The notes beneath the pieces are model-generated. The model made no database searches. It worked only from the letters and a program-made list of their open reading frames with translations, and had not been told where the DNA came from. From positions 67,024,001 to 67,088,000 of the forward strand of contig NC_086097.1 in NCBI RefSeq assembly GCF_963921235.1: a stretch of DNA of 64,000 nucleotides. Reading direction: 5' to 3'. This DNA comes from Mobula hypostoma (lineage: Eukaryota). The position numbers and the translations under genes are program-made. Below, piece by piece: positions 25,702-37,584 of the stretch (position 1 is the stretch's first letter; the number at the start of each line of letters is the position of its first letter).

Positions 25702-27795
25702 GTATAACTGATTTTTTTTTTCCAAATATAATCAGAGGTTTAAGTATTGGCATCAAAAACTGGGCATTTGCATTCTTTAGTTGGTATGTTGCTGTGGTTT
25801 TTGCTTGAATCTGAACATATTTTAATGTTTTTTTCTTTACATTAGCAAATTTCCAGCATTATTAGCCCAAACATCATCTGATCATTAACAAAAACATTAT
25901 TATCAGGGACCAACACCTCATAAATACATATTTTTTAAAAAAGCATAAATTTTGCTGACTAAAACTTGCTGCCTACTTGCTCCGGAATGTTAATGAGCTT
26001 GCATTAACCTGATAAAGTATAACAAAGGCTGAAACTGAGGAATAAGTCTGCATCCTAAATGGCAGCGCACTCTCACGTGCTCACTCTCTCTCTATTTTTC
26101 AGTTTTTTAAAAATTTTTATTTCAGAAATTGCTTCTCAATTCCTGGCCATTTCAGATGTATCTCCAATTATTTCTCTCCCACAAATGCCACCTGATGTGC
26201 TTTCCTAGTCTTTTTCAATTTTCCATCAAATGCACTGCTCTACTATTTGAATTCCAGCAGATTTTCTTTTACCTCTGTTCCAAACAGAGAATAGCTGACA
26301 TTAGCATCCTCTCCTAGTTGGTACCTGTTTGTTTGTCTTTCTTCATTTCCCCCATCTTTGGCAAGTTCTAATGAGTGTGCTTAACTTTTTCCCAGTTCTG
26401 AAGAAGAGCCATTGAATTAAAAATCTTACTCCCCAGTAAAGCTGCTGGATGTGCTGAATTTTCATTACTTTGTTTTCCTTTCAGATTTCTAGCACTTGCA
26501 TTTTTTTTTTGGAACATAGTGAAGTAAATAGGCTGTTGTTCTGGGATCAGCAATCATTGGTGTTTCTGGGCAACTAGGTGTACTAATGTAATGCTGGATT
26601 TGAACCCTGTGCTTCACTTGGATGCTTCAGGAGAGGAGTGAGTGTCACATGACACCTTTTTTCTCTTGCTCCACGCTGTCTCACTCCCTGTGTCGCCGCC
26701 CGCCCCACTGAGTGTCGTCATGATTCTCCTAATCATTGAGGTGTTTCATGCCCTCATTTCTTTGATTTCCTTTCTCCCCCCCCACCCCCACTCTCCTCCA
26801 CTGCACCCCCTCCCTCTGAAGTCAAACCCCACAGCCTGATTTTTGGGGTCACAGTTTTCTTTTCACCAGCCCAATCTCTCTTCAACATAAAATATTTTTC
26901 ACTGTGGAGCAATGACTGGCATATCCATGCAGGTGTTCTAGCAAAGTCCATACCTGTATATTATTTTGCAACCTCAAACTTCAAATGTAATGTTGCTTGG
27001 ATATTCTGGGCCTTTGTAATCTGAGGATCCTTTTAGCTTTTGTTTAATTATTTGGTTCTTAACAGTTCACTTAGTAGAATTCCACTAAGAATTTGACATA
27101 ATTTTACTTCACTTCTTGAATTTGTATATACTATCACAGTATATGTTACTATAAATTACTTTTTTTGTTGTTTTTAAATACTCCATGTATTTTAAGCTCC
27201 AGAGTATATATGGGAAAGCTGTTTATGCATATAGTTAGCTTTGTTTCTAAAACTTTGATCTGTCCAAACTTGTCACACAAAATTTGCAAGATATGCCGTA
27301 GAGGAAGTGTATGAACTGAATAAAGTAAAACTGAATACAGGTTGGAACTTCCTTAGTACTGGACTGGCAAATTTTCTGGATTATTAGATGTTTCTGATAT
27401 TAATGCCCACTTTTTAAGTTTAGCTTTCTTAACAGGTTGAAAAATAGTATAATATTTTAGTGATCCAATAAAGTTTAAATAGAGAAAGAAATAAGCAAGC
27501 TTTCTGGACTCTGGCTTTGCTACAGCCAACCTACTTGCCAAACACCAACCCCAGCTCCAGCCACACACCTGAGACACCCAGTACTAGCACTCAACTTGTA
27601 CTGCAGCTCCTGGCTCACATTTTGGGCCATCGGGATTTGTGAAAAATTGAATGCTGCTTGTCAGAGAATTACTGTACAGAAATGTTTAATTCTGTGATGT
27701 AAATTCAAGGCATTGATGTACTGACGGAAAGCTTTTCATACTCTGTAGCTCAATTTTTGTGACACTGACATACAGAAGTTTTGTTTTTTGTGCAG

Positions 27796-27944
27796 GCCTT
27801 TAGAAACGGGGAGTGAAACAAGAAGTTCTGTATCTTCCAGTGCTAATTTTCCTCAACAATTAAACTCTGTGGTGCATTATCTGGCAGTTGCTTTGCTTCA
27901 GTTAGAACAGGGAATTGAGCGTAAATTCCTGAAGCCTCCACTGG
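27796..27944 (+). CDS. BAZ1A: BAZ1A coding exon
   Basis: tgtgcag|...|gttagt; 149 nt; SVVHYLAVALLQLEQGIERKFLKPPL. Confidence 0.96.
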
Positions 27945-29404
27945 GTTAGTACTTTTAATAATTCAGTGAACAAGTCTGAATTTCAAATCGATCCTTTGCT
28001 TAACTCACTGCATTTAATATTAAATCTTGTAAAGATTTTATGTAATTTCTCGAGGCCTCATTGTAATTTGACTTGTGTTTCCCTATACTACACTTGTTTA
28101 ACTTATTAGAATATTCATAAATGGTTTTCCAAAAGGTAGCACTGTTTCTTAAGATGCTGTCATTTGGGAACTCAAGGTATCTGAATATTTACAGGTTGTC
28201 AGAAGGGTGTTCATACAAGAGGAATTCAAACTTTGCAGAATATTTACAGGAGCCGTGATACTTTTTCATTATAAATTTAAGCCATTGAGACAATGCTCCA
28301 ATTTAGCCTGCTGAAAGAAGCAAATTGTTTTTTGTACAATTATTATTTTAGGTAACTGGTCAGGACTTGCACACTTATTCAACATTACTAGTTTATAAGA
28401 TTGCTAGGGTCAGTATTTCTCAGTTAAGACTTCAAGGTTTTTCCCCATTGCTTTTTAAAACCTTGCATTGTTTTTGGGAATTTGTTTTGTCTGGTATTCA
28501 CCAAAAGGTGGTTATTTTAAAACTACTGCTAAAAAAGGGCATAATTCATAATGCCTTGTAACTACCAATAGTATTGTTGTATTATTTTTTATTTCTGTAC
28601 CACAACTCTTAATTGGAATCTTATGCCAAATTTGTAGAAGTAATTACGGGCTATTGGTTGTCATGATGGAAGAATTAATGAGATTGGAAATTTTCACCCA
28701 ATTTTTAAAGATGAGTTTTCTACCAATTATCCTGAAATTTCTCTTCCCTTCTTGTGCTTGCTGAATATAGTGGTTCATTCTTTTGTATTGATTCATCATT
28801 AGTTGTTCTGCAGGGAACTTGCTTAATTAACATTTTTTAGCACATGAAAGCTACCTTATAATCAAAAGAGGGAGACATTGAATCTGGTGCCTATGCTAGG
28901 TGTCTAGTCTTTAGTGAAAAGATCACATAATCTCATTTAAGTGGAACTCTTTGGCTGCTTAACTGCAGAACACTTATTTGTTCATCTAGTCTTGATTGGT
29001 GAAGTTCCCCTCTTATTCTCAAATCTCAAGCACTTGCCAAATGATGAGACTAAAACCAGCTACGGTATTCTGATAGAAGTCTGACATAGGTCTTAAGTTT
29101 ATTTTGTCATACACTTTTTTTTGTCCCAAATTACTCTAGCTATTGATTTACAGAATTGCAAATGAGCTTTTAAGGATTTACACACTAGAATAGTGAGGTT
29201 TAGAGGGGTTCCAATTTGGCTGTGACATCTTGATTAAACATCTTTCCTTCTCTTGGTAAATCTGTATACATGTATTAAACTTCTGATTAATGTAGTTCCA
29301 GTCTTTGGTTTCCTAGCAAGAATTACTGCTCCTGTTCATTTTCCTATTTTCTGCTTTCTCTGTTCAACCCTGTCCCCAACTTGATTCCTTTCCGGCCTTG
29401 ATAT

Positions 29405-30061
29405 CAGACATGCCACCTCTCCCGGAAGTTCCGGGAGTCTCCCGCATATTAATAGTGGCTCCCTAATGCCCGTAAGTTATATACAATGTCCTGGAAATTG
29501 ATTTTTTTGAGAGCAAGCGTAAGAGCAAGAAAGCAAGCAAGCGCGAGACCGAGAGAGAGAGAGAGAGACCAAGAAAGCAAGCAAGTGCGTGAGAGCGACC
29601 ACGAGAGTGCGCGCACAAGAGCAGGAAAGCAAGTGCGAGAGAGCGAGAAAGCAAGCGCGCGTGAGAGAGAGAGAGAGCGCAAGAAAGCAAGCGTGAGAGA
29701 GCGACCACAAGCGAGAGAGTTCCAGAAAAAGAAAATATGAAACGTACGTCACCCCAGACTACACTAAAGTGTACTCCTGCCTAATAGGGGTCAAAAATAC
29801 TGACAGTGTTGTTCGCTGCACTGTTTGCAACAGTGACTTTTCTATTGCCCATGGTGGGTTAAGACTGTAAAAGACATGTTGAGGTGAGTTTAACAGGTGT
29901 CATTCGTTCATTAGCATAGCTAACGTTATTTAAACTAGCTGGCTAGTTGCTAAGGAGCTACTCTATTGCAGACATCCCACCTCTCCTGGAAGTTCCAGGA
30001 GTCTCCCGCAAATTGATGGTGCTACCTCCCTGAAATGAGTTTTTGCAGGGTGGGATGTCTG
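29405..30061. mobile_element. Non-autonomous TIR DNA transposon (hAT-like) with 6-bp TSD
   Basis: TIRs cagacatgccacc / ggtgggatgtctg; TGATAT at 29399-29404 and 30062-30067; left end duplicated internally at 29969. Confidence 0.8.
29508..29720 (+). repeat. Compound (GA)n / AAGC / GAGAGC low-complexity repeat
   Basis: Recurrent gagagaga, aagaaagcaagc and gtgagagcgaccac units inside the TIR element. Confidence 0.9.
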
Positions 30062-30352
30062 TGATATGCTTATGTAAAGCTATAAAGTGATGGCCGAGGT
30101 GCAAATTTAATTCATTGCACTCTTAGAATTGTGAGATATGGAAACACCGGTGTTCAGTTGATTTAACTGCATTGCTTGTCCTAAATTTCCAGTTGCATTT
30201 TTAGAAAGTTGAGGTCTGCAATACAACTTGTTTACCAAAGCAATTGTTTATCAACAAATTCTTTTCCTGTAGTTTCAGCCTTGTTAGTCTTGACTTTTCA
30301 AGTGCTCTAGATATTATAAAGTTATATAATTAGAAATCCCTTTCTTTCAAAG

Positions 30353-30442
30353 GAGATGCAGATGATATAAAAAAGGAACCAAAAGACAAGAAGAAGAAAG
30401 ATGATAAGAGAAAAAGTGAAGATCAAGCTGGTGATAAAGATG
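30353..30442 (+). CDS. BAZ1A: BAZ1A 90-nt symmetric Lys/Asp-rich exon
   Basis: tttctttcaaag|...|gtgtgt; phase 1-1; open frame GDADDIKKEPKDKKKKDDKRKSEDQAGDKD; purine-rich exon-like composition. Confidence 0.78.
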
Positions 30443-32214
30443 GTGTGTATTGGATCAATTGCTAAGAATGCTCAGTATATTGAAATGCAAATACCTTGAG
30501 CTTGTTAGAGATTTGCAACAATTGTAAAACTTTCTTTAAAATAATACAAAATATTTGTCTGGCTGCAAATGCAGGCTTAAGGCTCTATTCTACTAAGCTG
30601 TTGGTTGGTGAGGCAGATGCAAAGTTTAGGGAATTTTGCTGTCACACTGGCCAATGACGTCAACATTGTGCTAGTGTAAATTCATGAAAGCCTTGACAAA
30701 ATGAAGCAGAATTGGCCTGAGAAAACGTGCTGTAATGGAGATGGTTTGGTTCCACATTATGAACCTGGTATAAACTAAACTGAATCATGCAGAAATTTTA
30801 TTTGTCACCCCTAAGTATCTCTACTACACAGGCAAGAAATCCAGCCTCTCATAGTTGAAATTTTTAATCCTAGGTGACATCCTGGTGAATCTCTCCACAC
30901 CCTTTTCAGTGCTATCATATACTTCCTAAAGTGTTATGACCAGAACTGTGCACAATTCTCTAGCTGTAACTTAGTTTTCTACACTTGTACCATAATGTCC
31001 CTGCTCTTACATACTATGCCCTAGCAAAAAATACTAGTATTCAGTCTGCTGCCAGCTTCCCCAGAAGTGGTTCTAAGGCTGCCCCTCCTGTACCCTTGCA
31101 TTTGTAGTAAAGGATTTGATAGTTGATTTGTGGGACTTGCTGCATTAGGCATTGTCAATCCTGAACTACATATTACCTCAGATAGCACTGACTGGCTAGA
31201 TGAACGCTTGTGTGGGGAAAGAGAATAATCAAATTTGAAATCTATGATGTTGGTAGTAAAGAAGTTGAGGTCTTGCAGGCAGCTATTTAGCAGACTGGAA
31301 AATCTGGAAATCTTTTGATTTACTCCCAGTGCCACATGTGATTTTTATGAAATGGATAAGTGTATCAGAAGAAAATTTTTGAAAGCCCAAAAATGGACCA
31401 GTGATGAAGGATATCATTATTTAAATATTGATATTTGGGGTGTGGGGGAAGGGGAAGTATAGGTCAAGGAAGGTGAATAACTCTGAATTTACTCAAGACT
31501 TGATCAAATATATTCCTAAATGAAAGGTGAAGTGGTGCCATCAGATTTGGAGAATTTGCTGGTGCAAATGTAGTGTGTTTTAGTTGGAGACTATGTAATC
31601 AGTACTTTTTCTCTTTATTGCAGTGAGTGCCAAAGCTAGAAAGGCAAATATGAAAATACAAATTTATTATGCAGCTAAAGCAATTACACTGAATGCTTTC
31701 ATGACCTTGTATTTTATGGCCTCGGCTATAAAAACAAGTTGAGCTCAACTTTTACAAACTTCCTGGTTAGATCATGATAGAGTGCATATTTGAGCTAGAA
31801 TCTCTGAACTATAGAAAAGGATTACCAGAGAGAACCCAGGGATGTGAGACAAGTATGTGATTAAATAACTTGCTTGAAGAACCCAAGTTTATTGGAAAAC
31901 CTAATAAGATTTCCAAAAATGAGCTTTAATGGAGCAAGCAGGGAGAAATTGTTTAAATATTGGGGATTGTTTTCACACGGAGTTTTTTCAATTTTCTGAA
32001 ACTTCCTGAAAGGGTGGTGAAGTCATATTCCATTAGAACCTTTAAAGACGTTAAACTTTGTTTAATTTGTATGGTAGAATGAAAAGGTTGGGGTCTGAGA
32101 TTAAATCGAACAACTTGCAATGAACTGTCACAATTTAATGGGTGTAAATGTGTTTTATGGAAGTAAATATCTGCCATAGTTTTGTATGACATTCAATTTT
32201 CAGTAAATGCTACT

Positions 32215-32969
32215 CAACTTGCATGTGGTTCTAATGGTATTTATATCTTTCTTCTCGTTGTTGTGTAACCTTGCATAAACCCTAGGGTAAGGGTTACAAT
32301 ATTCAAAGCATGGGAGAAACTAATAGTGGGTTGCCATGAAGATTATACAGCTAACAGAATTCTACCAATGTTAGAAACAAGTTGTAATGCTCTGCCAGGG
32401 ACCATAGTTTACAATTATGAGTAAATAAATATTCTTAGACAATTTTTTGAGAAATGTAAATCTTTCAGAAAGCCAATTTAATTTTAAATATTCTAAGGTT
32501 TCCTGTATTATTGGTGTCCAGGAAACATTTACTTATAGGAGCTAGATATTGAAATAATGCTTAAATAGCTAGTAATTGAAGAATACAATGAAAAGTGGAA
32601 GAATGTAGATAAAGGATTTTGTTATGTTATCTGTACAACATTCTGACTTGGGAATATATCTCATCACTTGATCTAAATCCTGGAACTCCCTACCAAGCAA
32701 CAGTGAAAAGACTGTAGTAGTTTGAGATGATGCTTCATAATCATCACACCAAGTAGTCAGCGATAGCAACTTGTTTGTGGTTCTAATAGTATTTATATCT
32801 TTCTTCTCGTTGTCGTATAACCTTGCATAAACCCTAGGGTAAGGGTTACACTTGGGAATATATCTCATCACTTACTGGATCTAAATCCTGGAACTCCCTA
32901 CCAAGCAACAGTGAAAGACTGTAGTAGTTTGAGATTCTGCTTCATAGTCATCACACCAAGTAGTCAGCG
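32215..32969 (+). repeat. Local duplication A-x-B-A'-B'
   Basis: A 32215-32298 matches A' 32767-32850; B 32647-32762 matches B' 32851-32969. Confidence 0.9.
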
Positions 32970-33104
32970 GTGGGCAATAAATGCCGACGTTGCCCACATC
33001 TCAAAACTGTTTTCTTTTGCAACTCTGGAAACCTGAAAATGAAAACTCATTTTAAATTCTTGAGACAAGGATTTAATTTAAAGATTTTAATTCTTGCATT
33101 TTAG

Positions 33105-33352
33105 ATGCTAACGATTGTGGGAAGATACAGAAGACATTATTAGATCGTTGGAGAGAGTCTCTTCTGGCATGCACCAGCTTAGCTCAGGTTTTTCTTCATC
33201 TCTCCACACTGGATCGTAGCATTATATGGGCCAAATCTTTGCTAAATACTCGCTGTAAGATCTGTCACAAGAAGGGCGATGCAGAAAACATGCTTTTGTG
33301 TGATGGCTGTGATAGGGGTCATCACACATACTGCTTGAGACCAAAGGTCAAG
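33105..33352 (+). CDS. BAZ1A: BAZ1A coding exon (N-terminal part of PHD finger)
   Basis: ttttag|...|gtttgt; 248 nt; LLDRWRESLLACTSLAQVFLHLSTLDRSIIWAKSLLNTRCKICHKKGDAENMLLCDGCDRGHHTYCLRPKVK. Confidence 0.98.
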
Positions 33353-33458
33353 GTTTGTGCCTAAAACTTGCTTTTTATATATAAAAATAAGCAAACTGTT
33401 TAATCTGTCTCCTGCCATTTTCAAAGTAATATCCTTTAATGTAGTCAATTTCTCTTAG

Positions 33459-33679
33459 ATCATTCCAGAAGATGATTGGTTCTGCCCTGAATGCAGGCCA
33501 AAACAACGGTTGCGTCGTACAGTGGCCAGGCAAAGACCATCATTGGAGAGTGAGGAGGAAGAGGACGAGGAGGATCTGGTTGAATTGGACAAGAAGTTGT
33601 TGAAGATGCAAAGTGAAAAAGTTAAAAACGAGGCAATGGAAGAAAATGAAACTGAGAAAGAAATTGAAATGGAGAGGAG
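33459..33679 (+). CDS. BAZ1A: BAZ1A coding exon (end of PHD finger, acidic tract)
   Basis: ctcttag|...|gtattt; 221 nt; IIPEDDWFCPECRPKQRLRRTVARQRPSLESEEEEDEE. Confidence 0.95.
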
Positions 33680-34479
33680 GTATTTTTAGTAACCAAATTG
33701 TTTAAAAACTATTGGTTTTACTTGTATTGTTTGGTTTTGCTGTGATTATCAACTTGCCAGATGTACAGGTTTCACATGTACATTAACTCTTCACAACCAA
33801 CACCAGCCTGATTTTCCTACCACTCACCTACACAAGAGATAACTTAGTGACCAATTAACCTACTCGCCAGCAGTTCTTCAGAAGAAAATTGAAGTATCCT
33901 GGGAAAGCTCAAGGAAAACATGCAGACTCCAAGGTAGAATCTGGGTCTGGAACCATGAAGCATCAGCATCATCTGCTGCATCATTGATCCACCCAAATCC
34001 TCTCCATCCTAGAAAGAAATCAATAAAAACTAGCCAAAGGCTAGAATTAAGTGCACGTAAATAGAATTTTTTTTTTCCATATCTCAAGAAATTGCAGATG
34101 CAGGACTTGGATATGGTAGGAAAAATAAAATTGGTTAATTGGTCAAAAATAACTGTTTCCTCCTGGGGTTGTTGCAATAAACTGAGGGGAAAAATGATGG
34201 GTCTCTGAGGGGTGGAGGGAGGAAATTCCTTTATTCCAAATGGTTGAGGGAGGAACGAGGTAGGTATTTGTTCTTGTGTATTGTATTCCAGTGAAATGGT
34301 ACAAACTAAGTCACAGCTGGAGTATTGTACAGTGGTGAAGATTGAGGTAGTACAAGGTAAAACAGTCACAGAAAGCCACATAAAGTGTAACAGCTGCAGA
34401 AAACATGGAAGTAAACAATAAAGGGCAAGATCTCATGATAATCTTCCACCTTATTGTTTACCTGCGCGTTCTTGACCTC

Positions 34480-35045
34480 AATCTATCTGTAGGCCCTCCA
34501 TTGTTCACGGTCAACCATGGATGTTGTATTCTAGTTGCAAGCAAGGGCAGTATGATATGGAGAGCAAGCCATTGGCCATGCAACAGCTCCCCCTTTCTAC
34601 ATAGCTGATGAATTCAAAGAACCGGCAGAAACTGATGCAGTTTGGCACCAGCGGAGTCGGAGGAGTTCCCAGTTAGCATTGAACTCTATGTAGGACTGCC
34701 TTAGGAATTCCAGCTCTAGAATTTTCCTCCGGGTTTACTCCTGAAGCCTTCTCCATGAGTGAGTATAGAGGTTTGAGATCTGAGTTTTCCTTCTAGATGT
34801 GCTGCCAACTACGGCTGACGAGCCGTATCTCATCGAAGCAATTGGTTTTAAGGTGCCAGTAACCCGCCTTTGCCCCTTCTGTCAGTAGACAGGTTCCAGT
34901 GCGCTTCTAAAAGCTGGATTCAGTTGTTTGAAGCTACTTGAGTTGCATGTCAGTGGGAGCTTAATAGGCAGTAGGAGCTTATCCCCACTACTTAACTTCT
35001 CTCTTACCCCACCCCCAGCCTCAGCTATGACAACCTTAAGGAACC
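34480..35045 (-). mobile_element. Non-autonomous RTE-related retroposon (5'UTR-like body and short tail)
   Basis: 34541-34628 is homologous to the body of the SINEs at 12644 and 46913; tail acatccatggtt resembles the SINE tail aaatccatggtc. Confidence 0.5.
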
Positions 35046-35077
35046 AAACAATTAGGGAAGCATTCAGTAGTCTTACA

Positions 35078-36661
35078 CAGTGCCTTGTAAAAGTATTTAG
35101 CCCCCAACCCTTTGTTCACATAAATGAGTATTTCAACCAGGAATTTTGATCAATTTAACTGAGAATTTTTATTTGTGAATCACATGCTCCTTTTTTCCCG
35201 CAGCAGAGCCCCAAAAAACAGGGAAAATTGTAAAGCATGAAAAACTCAATTCAAAAACTAAAATGTCAGCTGTTCAAAAGTATTCATCCCCCTTTGCTCA
35301 GTACTTAGTTAAACCACCTCTCACAGCTACTACAGCCAGTAGTCTTTTGGATAAGTTGCTATTAGCATTGCACAATGTGATGGGGCAAGATTTGCCCATT
35401 CCTTCTTGCAAAATTGCTCAAGCTATGCCAGATTAGTTGGAGAGCGGTAGTGGACAGGAGTCTTGAGGTCTTGCCAAAGATGTTCGGTCAGGTTACGGTC
35501 AGGACTCCAACTAGGTCACTCAAGGACATCAATTTTCTTCATTTGAAGTTACTCCATGGTTGCTCTTGCTGTGCACTTTGGGTCGTTGTTCCTCTGAGAG
35601 ACAAACTTCCTCCCCAATTTAAGCTTTCTGGCAGGTTTTTATCCAGGGTCTTTCTGTATTTAGCAGCATTCAACTTCCCATCAATCTTGATCAGATTTTC
35701 AGTCCCTGCTGCTTAAAAGCTTCCACCTAGCATAATGTTACCTCCACCATACTTTACAGTAGGGATGGTGTTAACTGGCTGATGTGCAATGTTAGATTTA
35801 TGTACCACTTGGTGTTGAGGCTAAAAAGTTCCATTTTAGTTTCATCCAACCACAAGACCTTTTCCCTCAACTTTTCAGCATCTTTTAAGTGGCGCTTTGT
35901 AAAGTATTGACAGGTATAGATAGTTTTTTTTTGCGCCAGGATTTCTTCCTTACCACTCTTCCATAAATACCCTTTTTGTGCAAAGCTTTAGAGATTGTGG
36001 AGCCATGAACTTCATGTCCAGTTGCAGCCACTAACTTCTGCAGCTCACTCAGAGTTACCATTGGCATCACAATAGCCTCTCTTACAAGTGCCATTCTTCT
36101 CCGTCAATTAAGTTTAGATGGGTGGCCTGACCTACGCTGTGTGGCTTTGGTTTTGTATTTTTTTTCCACTTTCACGATGGACTGTACTAAGATAAGTTCT
36201 GAGGTATGTTCAGTGCCTTTGAGATGGTCTTGTCCCTTTCCCCAGATTTGTGCTTCTCTGTTATCATTTCCCTGAATTGCCTTTTATCTTCATTTTGGTT
36301 GGTCTGTTGAAAATCAACCATACTGTTGGCCTTACAGAGACGGGTATTTATTATGAATTCATTGAAAACAGGTGATCCTCCAATTTTCTACATCAACAAA
36401 TTGGGTGAGTTGGTATGGTTGTATATTACACCTGAGGGAAGTTAGCATAGGGGATGAATACTTTTTTAGCCTCACAGTATTGGTTTTTAATTTTTTGTTG
36501 AATTGTTCACAGGTTTTTAAATTTTTCTTTTGATTTGGCATAATGCACAATGTTTTGTAGATCAGCTCAAAAAATCCTACTTCAATATATATCTTAAATT
36601 TAGAAAATGAGACAGTAAAATGTGAAAATAATTGGGGGCTGAATACTTTTTTAAGGCACTG
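35078..36661 (-). mobile_element. Tc1/mariner transposon (IR/DR type), degraded transposase
   Basis: Termini cagtgccttgtaaaagtatt / aatacttttttaaggcactg|ta; inner DR copies near 35276 and 36450; ORF 35885-36094 ALVREA...STISKALHKKGIYGRVVRKK. Confidence 0.93.
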
Positions 36662-37093
36662 TAACAAAGGAATAGAAGGTGTGTCTGAGCTTGGTAGTAT
36701 GTGCTTTCAGGGTTTTGTATTTTCTGTTCAATGGGAAAGAGACGAGATTGTTTATACTTCAACAGTAAAGCAGCAATCATAATCATAGATCCCATCAGTG
36801 GGTCTATGGGCAGTGTCCACTGAGGGTAGGCTGGTTTTCATGATAAGTTGTGCTAAGCTGTGTCCACAACTCTCTGCAGTTTCTTACAGTTATGGGCTGA
36901 ATGTTTGCCTTGGAAGTTAATATTGGGATTATACAAGTAATGTTTCTGAATTTCATTGCTGAATATTATCTAAAACAAATATAGACATTCTAACTGCTTG
37001 TGTTTATACACACCCCAACATTTCAAATATACTTTAAATGACTGTTTCTTTTACACAAATGCTTTGAACAATATGTTCTGTTTCCTTCACTAG

Positions 37094-37584
37094 TCGCCCA
37101 CGAAGAGGAAGACCTCCTTTGAAACTACAGATTAAAGGCAAAAGGGGTAAATCTAGCACTCCTAAAGCAGAGGTTACTCATCGAGCAGGTAAAAGGAAAT
37201 ATACCCCTCGCAGTCAGTCAAATACTCCGAAGTTAACAACATCTTTTGGTAAGAATAGTGGCAGAAGATTGGGAAGGAAGCCTAAATCTGCACCAAACTC
37301 TGAAATAAAACCAATGTCCAGATCATTTCATTATGCTAAATCTGACCAAACAGACGAATCCTTCAGCGAACTGGTACGTCCCCGTCGGCGACGGAAGTAT
37401 CGGAAGTTTATTACCAGCACCCCTGACTGCAACACCTCAGCATCTCACAGTGTTGACATTTCTGAATTAGACATCTTGAAGGATGAACCTGTAAGGAAAA
37501 AAAGGAAGTATACACGTCGTATACATCAGAAACCAGCTCAAGTGATTAAAACAGGAAGAAGAGGCAGAAAGCGCAAATCTGAAG
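37094..37584 (+). CDS. BAZ1A: BAZ1A coding exon (basic linker between PHD and bromodomain)
   Basis: cactag|...|gtagga; 491 nt; RPRRGRPP, PRSQSNTPK and FSELVRPRRRRK align to human PKRGRPQ, PSRSQQSTPK and FVELLSPRRKRR. Confidence 0.93.

Noticed and set aside
26640..26830. GC-richer non-repeat patch, possible intronic enhancer
   Set aside because: No support from sequence alone; needs conservation or chromatin data.
27526..27645. Possible extra BAZ1A exon after tacag (PETPSTST resembles human TETPSTVST)
   Set aside because: The similar peptide is in the wrong phase for the upstream exon, both frames hit stops, there is no good donor, and exon 27796-27944 already supplies this region.
29449..29752. 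Four overlapping ORFs rich in SL/RE/AR
   Set aside because: Translations of a GA-rich compound microsatellite.
32277..32298. aaccctagggtaagggtt telomere-like motif
   Set aside because: Too short and imperfect for an interstitial telomeric array.
34812..34845. CTGACGA...GAAG hammerhead-like string on +
   Set aside because: No helix II pairing, GAAG instead of GAAA and no helix I partner.
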